Assembly: GCA_041744575.1 (NCBI GenBank)
Contig: JBGTKP010000057.1
Coordinates: forward strand, 35,821-99,820
From: Muriicola sp.
GTDB taxonomy: Bacteria; Bacteroidota; Bacteroidia; Flavobacteriales; Flavobacteriaceae
Direction: 5' to 3'
Length of the DNA stretch: 64,000 nt
Program-made: the position numbers and the translations under genes
The notes under the pieces: generated by a model
Seen by the model: the letters and a program-made list of their open reading frames with translations, nothing else
What the model was told of the DNA's origin: nothing
The model's database searches: none
Part shown: piece after piece, positions 1 through 9,650 of the stretch
Numbering within the stretch: the stretch's first letter is position 1
How the letters are laid out: each line of letters opens with the position of its first letter

Positions 1-495
1 AGCTTGGTACCATTGGCGTGGAATGACTGACCGAAAAATACGCCGGGTGATCTGTGTAACTGGGAAACTACCACGCGTTCGGCCCCATTGATTACAAAAG
101 TACCGCTGGGGGTCATATAGGGAATTGTTCCCAGATAGACATCCTGAACGATGGTCTCAAAGTCTTCATGCTCCGGATCAGTACAAAATAATTTTAATCT
201 TGCCTTAAGGGGCACGCTGTATGTTAGCCCGCGCTCAATACATTCCTGAATGGAATATCTGGGCGGATCTATGAAGTAGTCGAGAAACTCCAGCACGAAC
301 TGGTTCCTGGTATCCGTAATCGGGAAGTTTTCCATGAAGGTATTGTAGAGACCTTCATTGCCCCTTTCATCAGATTTTGTTTCAAGCTGAAAAAAATCTT
401 GAAACGACTTAATCTGAATGTCCAGGAAATCCGGGTAATCCGGTATGTTCTTAGCGGATGCGAAACTTACTCTTTCAGTCTGTTTTGTGAACATC
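1..495 (-). CDS. rpoB: DNA-directed RNA polymerase beta subunit, N-terminal 165 codons (runs off window)
   Basis: Not in ORF track because there is no stop in the window. Minus-strand ATG at 495. Translation [35 protein letters not shown]...[26 protein letters not shown] matches the conserved RpoB N-terminus. Sits directly downstream of rplL, as in rplKAJL-rpoBC clusters. Confidence 0.9.
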
Positions 496-561
496 TATGG
501 ACAATTTTGAACGTGAATATTAGTGTGGGTGAGTATATACCTGTATATACTGTTATAAACG

Positions 562-600
562 GGTTTAGGCCTAGCCGTAAAATACGGGAAGACCTAAACC
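562..600 (-). promoter_or_regulatory. Stem-loop in the rplL-rpoB spacer (possible partial terminator/attenuator)
   Basis: GGTTTAGG (562-569) pairs with CCTAAACC (593-600), with an inner CCGTA/TACGG helix. Only a weak U-tract follows on the minus strand. An attenuator at this position is known from other bacteria. Confidence 0.3.
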
Positions 601-621
601 AAAACCATATGGTCCTTGCAA

Positions 622-1008
622 TTATTTAAGCTCAACTTCTGCTCCTGCTTCTTCAAGTGATTTTTTAATGCCTTCGGCTTCATCTTTGGAAACACCTTCC
701 TTTACAGCCTTGGGAGCGCTATCAACTATGTCCTTGGCATCTTTCAGGCCGAGACCGGTTAATTCCTTAACCAATTTCACAACGGCCAGCTTTGAGCCGC
801 CGGCTGCCTTAAGGATGACATCGAATTCAGTTTTTTCTTCTGCAGCTTCACCACCATCTCCTCCTGCGGAAGCTCCGCCAGCGGCCACAGTCACTGCCGC
901 AGCAGCAGGCTCAATACCGTATTCTTCTTTTAATATGACAGCCAATTCATTTACTTCCTTTACGGTTAAATTGACCAACTGTTCTGCGAAATCTTTTAAA
1001 TCTGCCAT
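622..1008 (-). CDS. rplL: 50S ribosomal protein L7/L12
   Basis: 128 aa. Ala/Gly-rich hinge and C-terminal [19 protein letters not shown]...EAGAEVELK are typical of bL12. Confidence 0.95.
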   Translation of the reverse strand: MADLKDFAEQLVNLTVKEVNELAVILKEEYGIEPAAAAVTVAAGGASAGGDGGEAAEEKTEFDVILKAAGGSKLAVVKLVKELTGLGLKDAKDIVDSAPKAVKEGVSKDEAEGIKKSLEEAGAEVELK

Positions 1009-1058
1009 TTGTCTATCGTTTAATAAAATTTAAAATTATACTGGTTTATAGTGCGCAT

Positions 1059-1574
1059 TTACTTTTCGGAAAGGGTCTTTAGAATCCCAGCCAGTTTGCC
1101 GCCGCCGGACTTCAAACCGGAGATGACATTCTTAATAGGGGACTGCAAAAGACCAATGATCTCTCCGACCATTTCCTCTTTTGATTTGATATTTATAAGG
1201 GCATCAAGTTGTTCGTCGCCAATGTAAATAGCTTCTGCGATAAAAGCACCTTTCAAAAGGGGTTTATTCGACTTTTTCCTGAAAGTCTTGATCAGTTTTG
1301 CCGGGGCATTTCCAACTTCGGCAAACATAAGTGAGGTGTTTCCGGAAAGTACATCGGGTAGCTCCCCAAATTCCTTATCCGATGCCTCCATGGCCTTCGC
1401 CAGCAATGTGTTCTTTACCACAGAAAGCTTGATATTCGCCTTAAAGCAGGCCCTTCGTAAATCCGAAGTGGCTTGTGCGTTGAGTCCGGAAATATCTGCC
1501 AGGTAAATGGTACTGCTATCAGCAAGCTTAGACGTCAAATCCTCTATAACTGTTGCCTTTTCTTCTTTTGTCAT
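1059..1574 (-). CDS. rplJ: 50S ribosomal protein L10
   Basis: 171 aa, located upstream of rplL. The N-terminal MTKEEKATVIEDLTSKL pattern is typical of uL10. Confidence 0.93.
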   Translation of the reverse strand: MTKEEKATVIEDLTSKLADSSTIYLADISGLNAQATSDLRRACFKANIKLSVVKNTLLAKAMEASDKEFGELPDVLSGNTSLMFAEVGNAPAKLIKTFRKKSNKPLLKGAFIAEAIYIGDEQLDALINIKSKEEMVGEIIGLLQSPIKNVISGLKSGGGKLAGILKTLSEK

Positions 1575-1591
1575 GTTACGATCTTTTACAG

Positions 1592-2281
1592 TTAAACGGC
1601 TTTGGGATCTAATTGAACACTAGGGCTCATCGTACTGGACATATAGATAGATTTCATGTACACTCCTTTTGCGGCTGTCGGTTTCAGCTTCAGAAGGGTA
1701 TCCAGTAACTCACGGGCGTTCTCTGTAATCTTGTCTTCGGAAAAGGAAACTTTTCCAACGGCCGCGTGCACGATACCTGTTTTATCTACTTTAAAATCGA
1801 TCTTACCCGCCTTCACTTCCGAGACCGCCTTGCCAATGTCCATGGTTACCGTTCCCGTTTTTGGATTGGGCATAAGTCCTCTGGGGCCCAAAACGCGTCC
1901 CAGTGGGCCTAATTTCCCCATAACACTTGGCATCGTAATGATCACATCCACATCGGTCCAGCCATTCTTTATCTTTTCGAGATATTCATCAAGTCCGACA
2001 AAGTCTGCACCTGCTTCCTTAGCCTCGGCTTCCTTGTCCGGAGTGACCAGCGCGAGGACTTTTACATCCTTGCCTGTTCCGTGAGGCAGGGTGACCACCC
2101 CGCGGACCATCTGATTGGCCTTCCTAGGATCTACTCCAAGTCTTACTGCGAGGTCAACGGATGCGTCAAACTTGGCAGTACTTATTTCCTTAATAAGCGC
2201 AGAAGCTTCTTTGAGCGAATAGAGTTTATCCTTCTCTATTTTCGACCGGGCTTCCTTTTGCTTTTTTGTTACTTTTCCCAT
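1592..2281 (-). CDS. rplA: 50S ribosomal protein L1
   Basis: 229 aa. Motifs [20 protein letters not shown] and [15 protein letters not shown] are characteristic of uL1. Confidence 0.95.
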   Translation of the reverse strand: MGKVTKKQKEARSKIEKDKLYSLKEASALIKEISTAKFDASVDLAVRLGVDPRKANQMVRGVVTLPHGTGKDVKVLALVTPDKEAEAKEAGADFVGLDEYLEKIKNGWTDVDVIITMPSVMGKLGPLGRVLGPRGLMPNPKTGTVTMDIGKAVSEVKAGKIDFKVDKTGIVHAAVGKVSFSEDKITENARELLDTLLKLKPTAAKGVYMKSIYMSSTMSPSVQLDPKAV

Positions 2282-2302
2282 ACTAAAAATTGCTGTTACG
2301 AT

Positions 2303-2740
2303 TTAAAAAGGGCGTTTACCCATCACTTTGAGGCCCATGGAACGTGCTGTGCCCGCCACCATGCTCATCGCCGATTCAACGGTGAATGCATTCAGATCCA
2401 CCATTTTCTCTTCGGCAATCTTTCTTACCTGATCCCAGGAAACATTCCCTGACTTGGTTCTGTTAGGTTCGCCGGATCCTTTTTTAATCTTCGCTGCTTC
2501 CATAAGCTGAACTGCCGCCGGTGGTGTCTTAACGACAAAGTCAAAAGACTTGTCCTTAAAAACGGTGATAACAACCGGCAGTAATTTGCCCTGTTTGTCC
2601 TGTGTTCTTGCATTGAACTGCTTACAGAACTCCATGATGTTAACGCCGGCAGCACCTAAGGCGGGTCCAACCGGTGGCGATGGATTCGCAACACCTCCCC
2701 TAACCTGTAGTTTTACTACTTTACTTATTTCTTTTGCCAT
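2303..2740 (-). CDS. rplK: 50S ribosomal protein L11
   Basis: 145 aa. [35 protein letters not shown] is the uL11 signature. Confidence 0.95.
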   Translation of the reverse strand: MAKEISKVVKLQVRGGVANPSPPVGPALGAAGVNIMEFCKQFNARTQDKQGKLLPVVITVFKDKSFDFVVKTPPAAVQLMEAAKIKKGSGEPNRTKSGNVSWDQVRKIAEEKMVDLNAFTVESAMSMVAGTARSMGLKVMGKRPF

Positions 2741-2807
2741 TGTTTAAAATTAATTTGCAAAGTGTGTTTATTGGAAGCAACAGCACTTTTAAATATGTAA
2801 CAAAAAT

Positions 2808-3359
2808 TTATACTTTCTCAACCTGCATATAACTAAGTTCGAGCGGGGTTTTGCGTCCGAATATTTTCACCATCACCTCCAGCTTCCGCTTTTCCTCATT
2901 AATTTTTTCCACTGTTCCATTAAAACCGTTAAAAGGTCCATCAATCACTTTTACGGTCTCCCCTAAAACGAAGGGTATGGCCACACTGTCAGTATTTATT
3001 GCGAGTTCATCGACTTTCCCCAGCATCCTGTTCACTTCGGTTTTTCTGAGAGGGACCGGGTCTCCTCCTTTAGTTTCTCCTAAAAAGCCAATAACATTGG
3101 TAATAGACCGGATAATGTGGACCATCTCTCCCCCTAAATTGGCCTTTATCATGATATATCCTGGGAAATACACGCGCTCCTTGTTAATTTTTTTTCCGTT
3201 CCTGATCTGTACCACCTTTTCCGTTGGTACCAGGACCTCTTCCAGAAAATCACCGAAGCCATGACGCTCCACTTCAGTTTCAATGTATCCTTTGATTTTG
3301 TTCTCCTGACCGCTTACGGCCCTCACCACATACCATTTCTTATCCAGCACTTCTGACAT
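2808..3359 (-). CDS. nusG: Transcription termination/antitermination factor NusG
   Basis: 183 aa. KWYVVRAVSGQENK NGN start and a C-terminal KOW region (GETVKVIDGPFNGFNGTV). Lies between secE and rplK. Confidence 0.95.
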   Translation of the reverse strand: MSEVLDKKWYVVRAVSGQENKIKGYIETEVERHGFGDFLEEVLVPTEKVVQIRNGKKINKERVYFPGYIMIKANLGGEMVHIIRSITNVIGFLGETKGGDPVPLRKTEVNRMLGKVDELAINTDSVAIPFVLGETVKVIDGPFNGFNGTVEKINEEKRKLEVMVKIFGRKTPLELSYMQVEKV

Positions 3360-3369
3360 CGATCCCTGC

Positions 3370-3558
3370 TTAATTTATTAATGTTTTAAAATACAATGTA
3401 ATTAATTCGCTAAAGATGGTGTCTACACCCCAGGTCGCCAATGAAAAAAGGATAGAAAACACCGCCACGATGACCATAAGGTTGGTGGCTTCGGCCCGAC
3501 TGGGGAGGGTAACGTTGTTCCTTAATTCTTCTACGGATTCCTTTATATATGTAATCAT
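3370..3558 (-). CDS. secE: Preprotein translocase subunit SecE
   Basis: I prefer the internal ATG at 3558 (MITYIKESVEELRNNVTLPSR...), giving 62 aa with one TM helix. The track start at 3612 would nearly abut tRNA-Trp. Position between tRNA-Trp and nusG is conserved. Confidence 0.8.
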   Translation of the reverse strand: MITYIKESVEELRNNVTLPSRAEATNLMVIVAVFSILFSLATWGVDTIFSELITLYFKTLIN

Positions 3559-3647
3559 GCCGTGTGTTTTAAAATCCGTTACAATTCCTTCGGCTGCGCG
3601 CCGCAGGATCAACTTCTCGTCTCATCTACCTCTTCCCTGTTCATCAG

Positions 3648-3720
3648 CACGGGAGGAGAGACTCGAACTCCCGACACCTGGTTTTGGAGACCAGTGCTCT
3701 ACCAACTGAGCTACACCCGT
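3648..3720 (-). tRNA. tRNA-Trp (anticodon CCA)
   Basis: The reverse complement ACGGGTGTAGCTCAGTTGGTAGAGCACTGGTCTCCAAAACCAGGTGTCGGGAGTTCGAGTCTCTCCTCCCGTG folds as a cloverleaf. Anticodon loop CTCCAAA. One T:T mismatch in the acceptor stem. Confidence 0.88.
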
Positions 3721-3787
3721 AGTTAATTACATTGAAAGGTATCCGCCATAAGCGGACACCTTCATTGTAAATAGTTATCGTAAGCGA

Positions 3788-4975
3788 TTAATCCAATATT
3801 TTAGTAACCTGACCTGCACCAACGGTTCTGCCACCCTCGCGGATCGCAAAACGCAACCCCACACTTAAAGCGATGGGTTGCAGAAGATCCACAATGATAG
3901 TAAGGTTATCACCTGGCATCACCATTTCAACACCACTTGGAAGGTTGATGGTGCCTGTCACGTCCGTAGTACGGACATAGAACTGGGGCCGGTAGTTATT
4001 ATGAAACGGAGTATGTCGCCCTCCTTCTTCCTTTTTCAGGATGTAGACCTCTGCTTCAAATTTAGCGTGAGGCTTCACGGATCCTGGCTTACAGATAACC
4101 ATTCCCCTCTTAATATCCGTTTTTTCAATTCCTCGAAGAAGAATTCCAACGTTATCACCGGCTTCTCCCCTGTCAAGGATCTTACGGAACATTTCTACTC
4201 CTGTAACGGTTGAAGTCAGTTTTTGCGCGCCCATCCCGATAATATCCACGGAATCTCCTGTATTTGCAACTCCTGTCTCAATTCTTCCTGTCGCCACGGT
4301 TCCACGTCCTGTAATGGTAAAGACATCTTCCACAGGCATTAAGAATTCCTTCTCAACATCCCTTTTGGGCATCTCGATCCATGTGTCAACCGCAGACATT
4401 AGTTCCATAACGGTATCCACCCACTTTTGCTCGCCGTTAAGGGCGCCCAAAGCAGAACCTGAGATAACCGGCCCGTTGTCGCCGTCATATTCATAGAAAG
4501 AAAGCAGTTCTCTCACTTCCATCTCAACCAGTTCCAGAAGTTCTTCATCATCGACCATATCTACCTTATTCAGGAATACGACCATTCTTGGAATACCTAC
4601 CTGGCGTCCAAGCAGGATGTGTTCTCTTGTCTGTGGCATCGGTCCGTCGGTCGCGGCAACTACTAGGATGGCACCGTCCATTTGAGCGGCACCTGTTACC
4701 ATGTTCTTCACATAATCGGCGTGGCCGGGACAGTCCACGTGGGCATAGTGCCTGTTTTCTGTCTGATATTCTACGTGAGAGGTGTTAATCGTAATTCCCC
4801 TTTCTTTTTCTTCAGGAGCGTTGTCGATTGAATCGAAAGTCCTTACTTCCGATAAACCAGCATTGGCCAATACCGAAGTGATAGCCGCAGTTAACGTGGT
4901 TTTACCGTGATCAACGTGTCCAATAGTACCTATATTCAAGTGAGGTTTGGAACGATCAAAAGTTGCCTTTGCCAT
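3788..4975 (-). CDS. tuf: Elongation factor Tu
   Basis: 395 aa. [18 protein letters not shown] and NKVD GTPase motifs, with near-universal EF-Tu sequence throughout. Confidence 0.98.
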   Translation of the reverse strand: MAKATFDRSKPHLNIGTIGHVDHGKTTLTAAITSVLANAGLSEVRTFDSIDNAPEEKERGITINTSHVEYQTENRHYAHVDCPGHADYVKNMVTGAAQMDGAILVVAATDGPMPQTREHILLGRQVGIPRMVVFLNKVDMVDDEELLELVEMEVRELLSFYEYDGDNGPVISGSALGALNGEQKWVDTVMELMSAVDTWIEMPKRDVEKEFLMPVEDVFTITGRGTVATGRIETGVANTGDSVDIIGMGAQKLTSTVTGVEMFRKILDRGEAGDNVGILLRGIEKTDIKRGMVICKPGSVKPHAKFEAEVYILKKEEGGRHTPFHNNYRPQFYVRTTDVTGTINLPSGVEMVMPGDNLTIIVDLLQPIALSVGLRFAIREGGRTVGAGQVTKILD

Positions 4976-5027
4976 TTTTATTTGATTTTAATCTTAGTTT
5001 ATATTAGTGTTCAATTCTTTTACTAAG

Positions 5028-5101
5028 TGAGCCAACGACGGGAATTGAACCCGTGACCTCTTCCTTACCAAGGAAACGCTCTACCCCTGAGCTACGTCGG
5101 C
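5028..5101 (-). tRNA. tRNA-Thr (anticodon GGT)
   Basis: The reverse complement GCCGACGTAGCTCAGGGGTAGAGCGTTTCCTTGGTAAGGAAGAGGTCACGGGTTCAATTCCCGTCGTTGGCTCA forms a cloverleaf. Anticodon loop TTGGTAA. Confidence 0.9.
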
Positions 5102-5302
5102 ATATTTGGTTGAGGGTTTCATGTTAAAAAGGTTCAGGCAGCACCTACAACAGTTTCTACAAAATCACCAATCGCTAACCCCAGGCTGTGAAGCGGTGGT
5201 CTGTTCCCATGACCGTTCTCCGGGCAAGTTTCAATCACCCAAAACGCTTCTTTCACTATTTCAAAACCGCCGGATATTTTTCAATATTCCTTTAGTATTC
5301 AG

Positions 5303-5375
5303 AGCGGGAGACCGGGTTCGAACCGGCGACATTCAGCTTGGAAGGCTGACGCTCTACCAACTGAGCTACTCCCGC
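5303..5375 (-). tRNA. tRNA-Gly (anticodon TCC)
   Basis: The reverse complement is GCGGGAGTAGCTCAGTTGGTAGAGCGTCAGCCTTCCAAGCTGAATGTCGCCGGTTCGAACCCGGTCTCCCGCT. Anticodon loop CTTCCAA. Confidence 0.9.
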
Positions 5376-5441
5376 GTACTTTGCATTTCAATTTCAACAT
5401 GTCAACACCCCTGCAATGAACGGATGTGGTCCAAATTTCCG

Positions 5442-5523
5442 TGGGGAGAGCAGGATTCGAACCTGCGAAGGTGAAACCAACAGATTTACAGTCTGTCCTC
5501 GTTGGCCGCTTGAGTATCTCCCC
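5442..5523 (-). tRNA. tRNA-Tyr (anticodon GTA), long variable arm
   Basis: The reverse complement is GGGGAGATACTCAAGCGGCCAACGAGGACAGACTGTAAATCTGTTGGTTTCACCTTCGCAGGTTCGAATCCTGCTCTCCCCA. Anticodon loop CTGTAAA. Confidence 0.9.
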
Positions 5524-5824
5524 AACCTATATCATCAATACGTTATGAACTTTCGAAGCATCCAGATTGCGAAACCCAATCGCTTCATACGTTTGAATCC
5601 ATGCTATGGTCGGCTCTTTACCCCTGTCTTCGAAATTCGGAGGAAAAAACTTCCGGATCTCAATCTCGTTCAATGCGCCTCTCGCCCTTTTGAAACTGCC
5701 CAATCCGGGTCAACCCTGCCAATGTTTTACCTACCGGCGTCTTGTTAAGCCCTTTATCACTCATTATCATTGCGATATAACCCTCAAGTTGGTCTTTATC
5801 CTCCCGGAAAATCCGCTTACTACT

Positions 5825-5900
5825 TGAGCCGATGGAGGGAGTCGAACCCACGACCTGCTGATTACAAATCAGCTGCTCTAGCCAGCTGAGCTACATCGGC
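5825..5900 (-). tRNA. tRNA-Thr (anticodon TGT)
   Basis: The reverse complement is GCCGATGTAGCTCAGCTGGCTAGAGCAGCTGATTTGTAATCAGCAGGTCGTGGGTTCGACTCCCTCCATCGGCTCA. Anticodon loop TTTGTAA. Confidence 0.9.
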
Positions 5901-5920
5901 TTTTTCAAGCATTTTATCGC

Positions 5921-5945
5921 AAAAAAAGCCCGCTATTTCTAACGG
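5921..5945 (-). terminator. Putative intrinsic terminator after hpf
   Basis: Minus strand reads CCGTTA-GAAA-TAGCGG, a 6-bp hairpin with one G:U, followed by GC and T7. Confidence 0.45.
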
Positions 5946-5985
5946 ACTGCAAATGTAGATAATTATTTTTTTAATCAAAACAAAA

Positions 5986-6303
5986 TTACAAAAATTTTAG
6001 GGGGTCGTTCAATCTGGCTTTTTTCTTCTTTTTCACCAGTTTTCGCTCAAGAGATCCACAAGCTGAATCGACCGCTTCTTCAAAGGATTTGCATTGTTTC
6101 TTTACCAGAAACCGATCTTTAGGAACCATCATTTTAATTTCCACAATCTTATTTTCCTTGAGGCTTGTATTTTCAACCTTCAAAAATACCTCGGAACTGA
6201 TAACCTTATCGTAAAACAGGTCCAGTTTATCCAATCTTCTCTGTACAAAATCGATTAGCTTACCATCAGCGTTAAAATTGACGGACTGTGTGATTACTCT
6301 CAT
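5986..6303 (-). CDS. hpf: Ribosome hibernation promoting factor / RaiA family (short form)
   Basis: 105 aa. The pattern MRVITQSVNFNADGKLIDFVQRRLDKL...FEEAVDSACGSLERKLVKKK is typical of the sigma-54 modulation/HPF family. Confidence 0.85.
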   Translation of the reverse strand: MRVITQSVNFNADGKLIDFVQRRLDKLDLFYDKVISSEVFLKVENTSLKENKIVEIKMMVPKDRFLVKKQCKSFEEAVDSACGSLERKLVKKKKKARLNDPLKFL

Positions 6304-6346
6304 TCGTTACGGATTTTAAGATGAAACAATTTTAAAGAACGTAGGG

Positions 6347-7237
6347 CTATTCCCGACTTCTGGGATGCGAAGCCCTGTGCGCTTTTTTTAGCTCGGCAAT
6401 ACTATTGTGCGTATAGACTTGTGTGGACGCCAAACTGGAATGTCCCAGCAATTCCTTTACTGAATTCAGATCGGCTCCATTAGAGAGCAGATGTGTTGCG
6501 AAGGTATGCCGAAGAATATGCGGACTCTTCTTCACTTTTGAAGAGACCTTACTAAAATACCTATTTATTATCCTGTAAACAAGCGTTTCGTACATTTTAT
6601 GTCCGTTTTTGCCGATAAAAACAAAGGGTTCGCCCTGAATTTTTACCTGTTGTTCACGCGCAGTAAGATAGGTAGTCAGGTTTTCCAAGGTTCTGGAAAC
6701 CAGGGGTATAATTCTTTCTTTATTACGTTTTCCAAGCACTTTGATCGTCTTTCCGGGAAGATTCAGATCCTTCAGTTTTAAATTCATAAGCTCAGCCCGA
6801 CGCATACCTGTCGTATATAATATTTCAATGATCATTTTATCCCTCAGTCCTTCAAAATCATCGTCAAATTGAAATGGCAGCAGTACCAGGTCCATCTCTT
6901 TCTCAGAAAATGGAATCTCAAGTTTTTTGGGGGTTTTAAGAGCTTTATGCGTTGCCAGGGGACTTACTTTTATGCTCTCAACTTGCACAAGAAATTTAAA
7001 ATAAGCTTTCAGGGAAGCGATTTTCCGGTTTACGGATCTGTTGGACAATTGATGCTCCACCAAAAAAACGATCCAACTCCGGATACTTCCGTAGGACACA
7101 TCCTCTGTAGCTTCTACACCATGCTCCTTCAGATAAAAGGCATGAAATTCCGCAATATCCCTCTTGTAGGCGTTCACGGTGTGGGGGGAAAATTTCCTCT
7201 CCAGCGCCAAATAGGAGATAAAGGAACTGACGGACAT
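6347..7237 (-). CDS. Tyrosine recombinase, XerC/XerD-like
   Basis: 296 aa. N-terminal SAM-like domain (FISYLALERKFSPHTVNAYKRDI) and catalytic C-terminal motifs (RRAEL, HILRHTFATHLL, LLGHSSLASTQVYTH). Confidence 0.85.
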   Translation of the reverse strand: MSVSSFISYLALERKFSPHTVNAYKRDIAEFHAFYLKEHGVEATEDVSYGSIRSWIVFLVEHQLSNRSVNRKIASLKAYFKFLVQVESIKVSPLATHKALKTPKKLEIPFSEKEMDLVLLPFQFDDDFEGLRDKMIIEILYTTGMRRAELMNLKLKDLNLPGKTIKVLGKRNKERIIPLVSRTLENLTTYLTAREQQVKIQGEPFVFIGKNGHKMYETLVYRIINRYFSKVSSKVKKSPHILRHTFATHLLSNGADLNSVKELLGHSSLASTQVYTHNSIAELKKAHRASHPRSRE

Positions 7238-7271
7238 ACTGTAAATTTACAAAACCTGTAAAAACCGTGGT

Positions 7272-7304
7272 AAAAAAAAGCGCATCTGAAAAGATCAGAA
7301 GCGC
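7272..7304 (-). terminator. Intrinsic terminator after rpsU
   Basis: Minus strand reads GCGCTTCTGA-TCTTT-TCAGATGCGC, a 10-bp stem with one mismatch, followed by T8. Confidence 0.6.
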
Positions 7305-7333
7305 GTGATGTCTATTGATTGGAAGATATACTA

Positions 7334-7528
7334 TTAAATCTCTTCCTGATCTCTGAGACCCTGAATGTATTGGGCCTTTTGAATTTGTTGTCTACGTTCC
7401 ACGGAAGGTTTTGTAAACTGCTGACGTTTACGGAGTTGTCGCATGGTCCCGGTTCGGTCGAACTTACGTTTGAAACGTTTGAGGGCTCGGTCGATATTTT
7501 CTCCTTCTTTAACAGGTATTATTAACAT
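7334..7528 (-). CDS. rpsU: 30S ribosomal protein S21
   Basis: 64 aa. The IIPVKEGENIDRALKRFKRKFDRTG pattern is typical of bS21. Confidence 0.95.
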   Translation of the reverse strand: MLIIPVKEGENIDRALKRFKRKFDRTGTMRQLRKRQQFTKPSVERRQQIQKAQYIQGLRDQEEI

Positions 7529-7598
7529 GGGCTACAACCTCCTTTCTTTAATGATTTGAGAGTGCAAATATAAAGGGAATAAGTGAAAAGAAAACTAT

Positions 7599-8762
7599 TT
7601 ATTTTAAAATATTCTTGGCAATGACAATCTTCTGGATTTCAGTTGTACCCTCGCCTATCGTGCAGAGTTTGGAATCCCTGTAAAATTTTTCCACAGGATA
7701 ATCCTTGGTATAGCCGTAACCGCCATGGATTTGCACAGCTTCATTTGCCACGCGTACACATACTTCTGAAGCATACATTTTGGCCATTGCGCTTAACTTT
7801 GTCATCTCCCTGCCCTCATTCTTGAGAAATGCCGCTTTGTGCAACAGCAATTCCGAAGCTTCAATTTCTGTGGCCATATCCGCAAGCTTAAAGGAAATAC
7901 CCTGAAATTCGCTGATTGGTTTTCCGAACTGCACGCGTTCCTTGGAATAGCTCAAAGCAGCTTCATAAGCGCCCTTTGCAATTCCCAGGGACAAGGCTCC
8001 GATTGAAATCCTGCCGCCATCTAGAATTTTCATTGACTGGACAAAACCCGCACCTGGTTCCCCAAGACGGTGGGAATCGGGCACCCTGCAATCTGAAAAG
8101 ATCATTTCAGCGGTTTCGCTCGCACGCATGCCCAGCTTATTTTCCTTTTTTCCACTGGTAAATCCAACCATCCCCTTCTCTACCACAAATGCCGTCATTC
8201 CGTGACTATCCCCTTTATTACCTGTCCGGGCAATTACGACCGCAATATCCCCGCTGATCCCGTGTGTTATAAAGTTTTTCGCCCCATTGATAATCCAGTC
8301 ATCTCCATCTTTAACGGCCGTAGTATTCATTCCCCCGGCATCCGAACCGGTATTATGCTCCGTAAGACCCCAGGCCCCTAACCACTCCGCGGTCGCCAGT
8401 TTCGGGATCCAACGCTCCCTCTGACTGTCGTTCCCAAAACTTAAAATATGATTGGTGCAAAGGGAGTTATGCGCCGCAAGCGACAGGCCGATGGACGGAT
8501 CCACTTTGGAGATTTCTGAAATGATGGTCACATATTCATGATAACCTAATCCGGAACCGCCCAGATCAGTCCCGACAAGAACTCCCATAAATCCCATTTC
8601 CCCTGCTTTTTTGAAAAGAGGCAAGGGAAAGGTTTGCGCCTCGTCCCATTCCATGATATGAGGTCTGATATATTGTTCGGCGAAGTCCCTGGCAGCCTGG
8701 GCAACCATTAATTGAGTTTCAGAGTAATCAAAACTCATGGCCGGTATCGTTTCTGTAATCAT
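7599..8762 (-). CDS. Acyl-CoA dehydrogenase
   Basis: 387 aa. ACAD hallmarks: GAWGLTEHNTGSDAGG, FITHG, QIHGGYGYTKDYPVEKFYRDSKLCTIGEGTTEIQ. Confidence 0.9.
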   Translation of the reverse strand: MITETIPAMSFDYSETQLMVAQAARDFAEQYIRPHIMEWDEAQTFPLPLFKKAGEMGFMGVLVGTDLGGSGLGYHEYVTIISEISKVDPSIGLSLAAHNSLCTNHILSFGNDSQRERWIPKLATAEWLGAWGLTEHNTGSDAGGMNTTAVKDGDDWIINGAKNFITHGISGDIAVVIARTGNKGDSHGMTAFVVEKGMVGFTSGKKENKLGMRASETAEMIFSDCRVPDSHRLGEPGAGFVQSMKILDGGRISIGALSLGIAKGAYEAALSYSKERVQFGKPISEFQGISFKLADMATEIEASELLLHKAAFLKNEGREMTKLSAMAKMYASEVCVRVANEAVQIHGGYGYTKDYPVEKFYRDSKLCTIGEGTTEIQKIVIAKNILK

Positions 8763-8771
8763 TATAGCAAT

Positions 8772-9641
8772 TTAGAGCGTCAAATATAGCTTAATTCTCT
8801 CAATCCTGTTGACAGGGAATCCCTCTATATCCTTCAATTCGTCCAATGAACCAATATTGCCGACCTCCTCCCGGTAGCTGATAATTCTGCGTATTACTTC
8901 ATATCTCAAATACGTTATTCTGGCGAGATCTTCAGCCGTAGCCAGGTTGATATCCAACTTTTGGATTTTTGGAGGATCCAGGATCCTGAAATAACGAAAA
9001 GTGCGCCTAACCACCGCAGAATCCAGACCGTAAACATCATATAACTGATCCTCTTCCACAAATCCGCCCATTGCGGTTCTGAACCTGACAATTCTGGAAG
9101 CAAGTTTCTCCCCAATTCCCGGGACCACTCTAAGCGCTGCCTCCGTGGCGGTATTTAATTCGGCAGGGGTAAAGCCTTTGGCTGTTTCATTAAGGGCAGC
9201 CGGAAATTGGGTCTTTTCTCGCTTTTTATTTCGCCATGCTGGAAATTTGAAATTGGGGCTGATAGCGCTGAGAAGCGAATCTGACACCTGGGTGATTTGT
9301 TGAAATTCCATGGCTGAATTGACAAATTTCCCATCTCTCCGGAATGCTTGTAACCGATCCATTTCCATTGGAGACATACCCAGGGTATACGCTTTGAAAT
9401 CAGTAAGATAATTTGGATTGAAGGAATATACCCGCACACTGTCCGTTTTGAACTCATCATGGGCAAGGGCTTCCCATTCCTGGCTTGCAACGGAATCTGA
9501 GAGAAAAGTTGCAGCATCCGAAGCTTTCCCATGCCGAAGCGTGTACCGGACGACCTGTAGCAACAGGATGACAAGCAGTAAAAAAAAGATCCCGCTGCGT
9601 TCCTGTTTATTGAAGCTGAAGTGGGACCTTACCTTTTTCAA
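8772..9641 (-). CDS. ComEA-like helix-hairpin-helix DNA-binding protein with N-terminal TM segment
   Basis: 289 aa. Repeated HhH-type segments (ELNTATEAALRVVPGIGEKLASRIVRFR; DINLATAEDLARI...). Confidence 0.65.
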   Translation of the reverse strand: MKKVRSHFSFNKQERSGIFFLLLVILLLQVVRYTLRHGKASDAATFLSDSVASQEWEALAHDEFKTDSVRVYSFNPNYLTDFKAYTLGMSPMEMDRLQAFRRDGKFVNSAMEFQQITQVSDSLLSAISPNFKFPAWRNKKREKTQFPAALNETAKGFTPAELNTATEAALRVVPGIGEKLASRIVRFRTAMGGFVEEDQLYDVYGLDSAVVRRTFRYFRILDPPKIQKLDINLATAEDLARITYLRYEVIRRIISYREEVGNIGSLDELKDIEGFPVNRIERIKLYLTL

Positions 9642-9650
9642 TACGGCACT

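Noticed and set aside
5106-5851. Track ORFs 5106-5474, 5416-5748, 5606-5827 (plus strand) and 5660-5851 (minus strand).
   Set aside because: They run through tRNA-Gly, tRNA-Tyr or tRNA-Thr genes, so they cannot be genuine as drawn. Only the spacer-internal remnants are kept, as a low-interest finding.
6347-7237. A tyrosine recombinase next to a tRNA cluster, considered as a marker of an integrated mobile element or prophage.
   Set aside because: It is flanked on both sides by core genes (hpf, rpsU, acyl-CoA dehydrogenase). There are no phage, conjugation or cargo genes and no direct repeat of a tRNA 3' end. A housekeeping Xer-type recombinase is more consistent.
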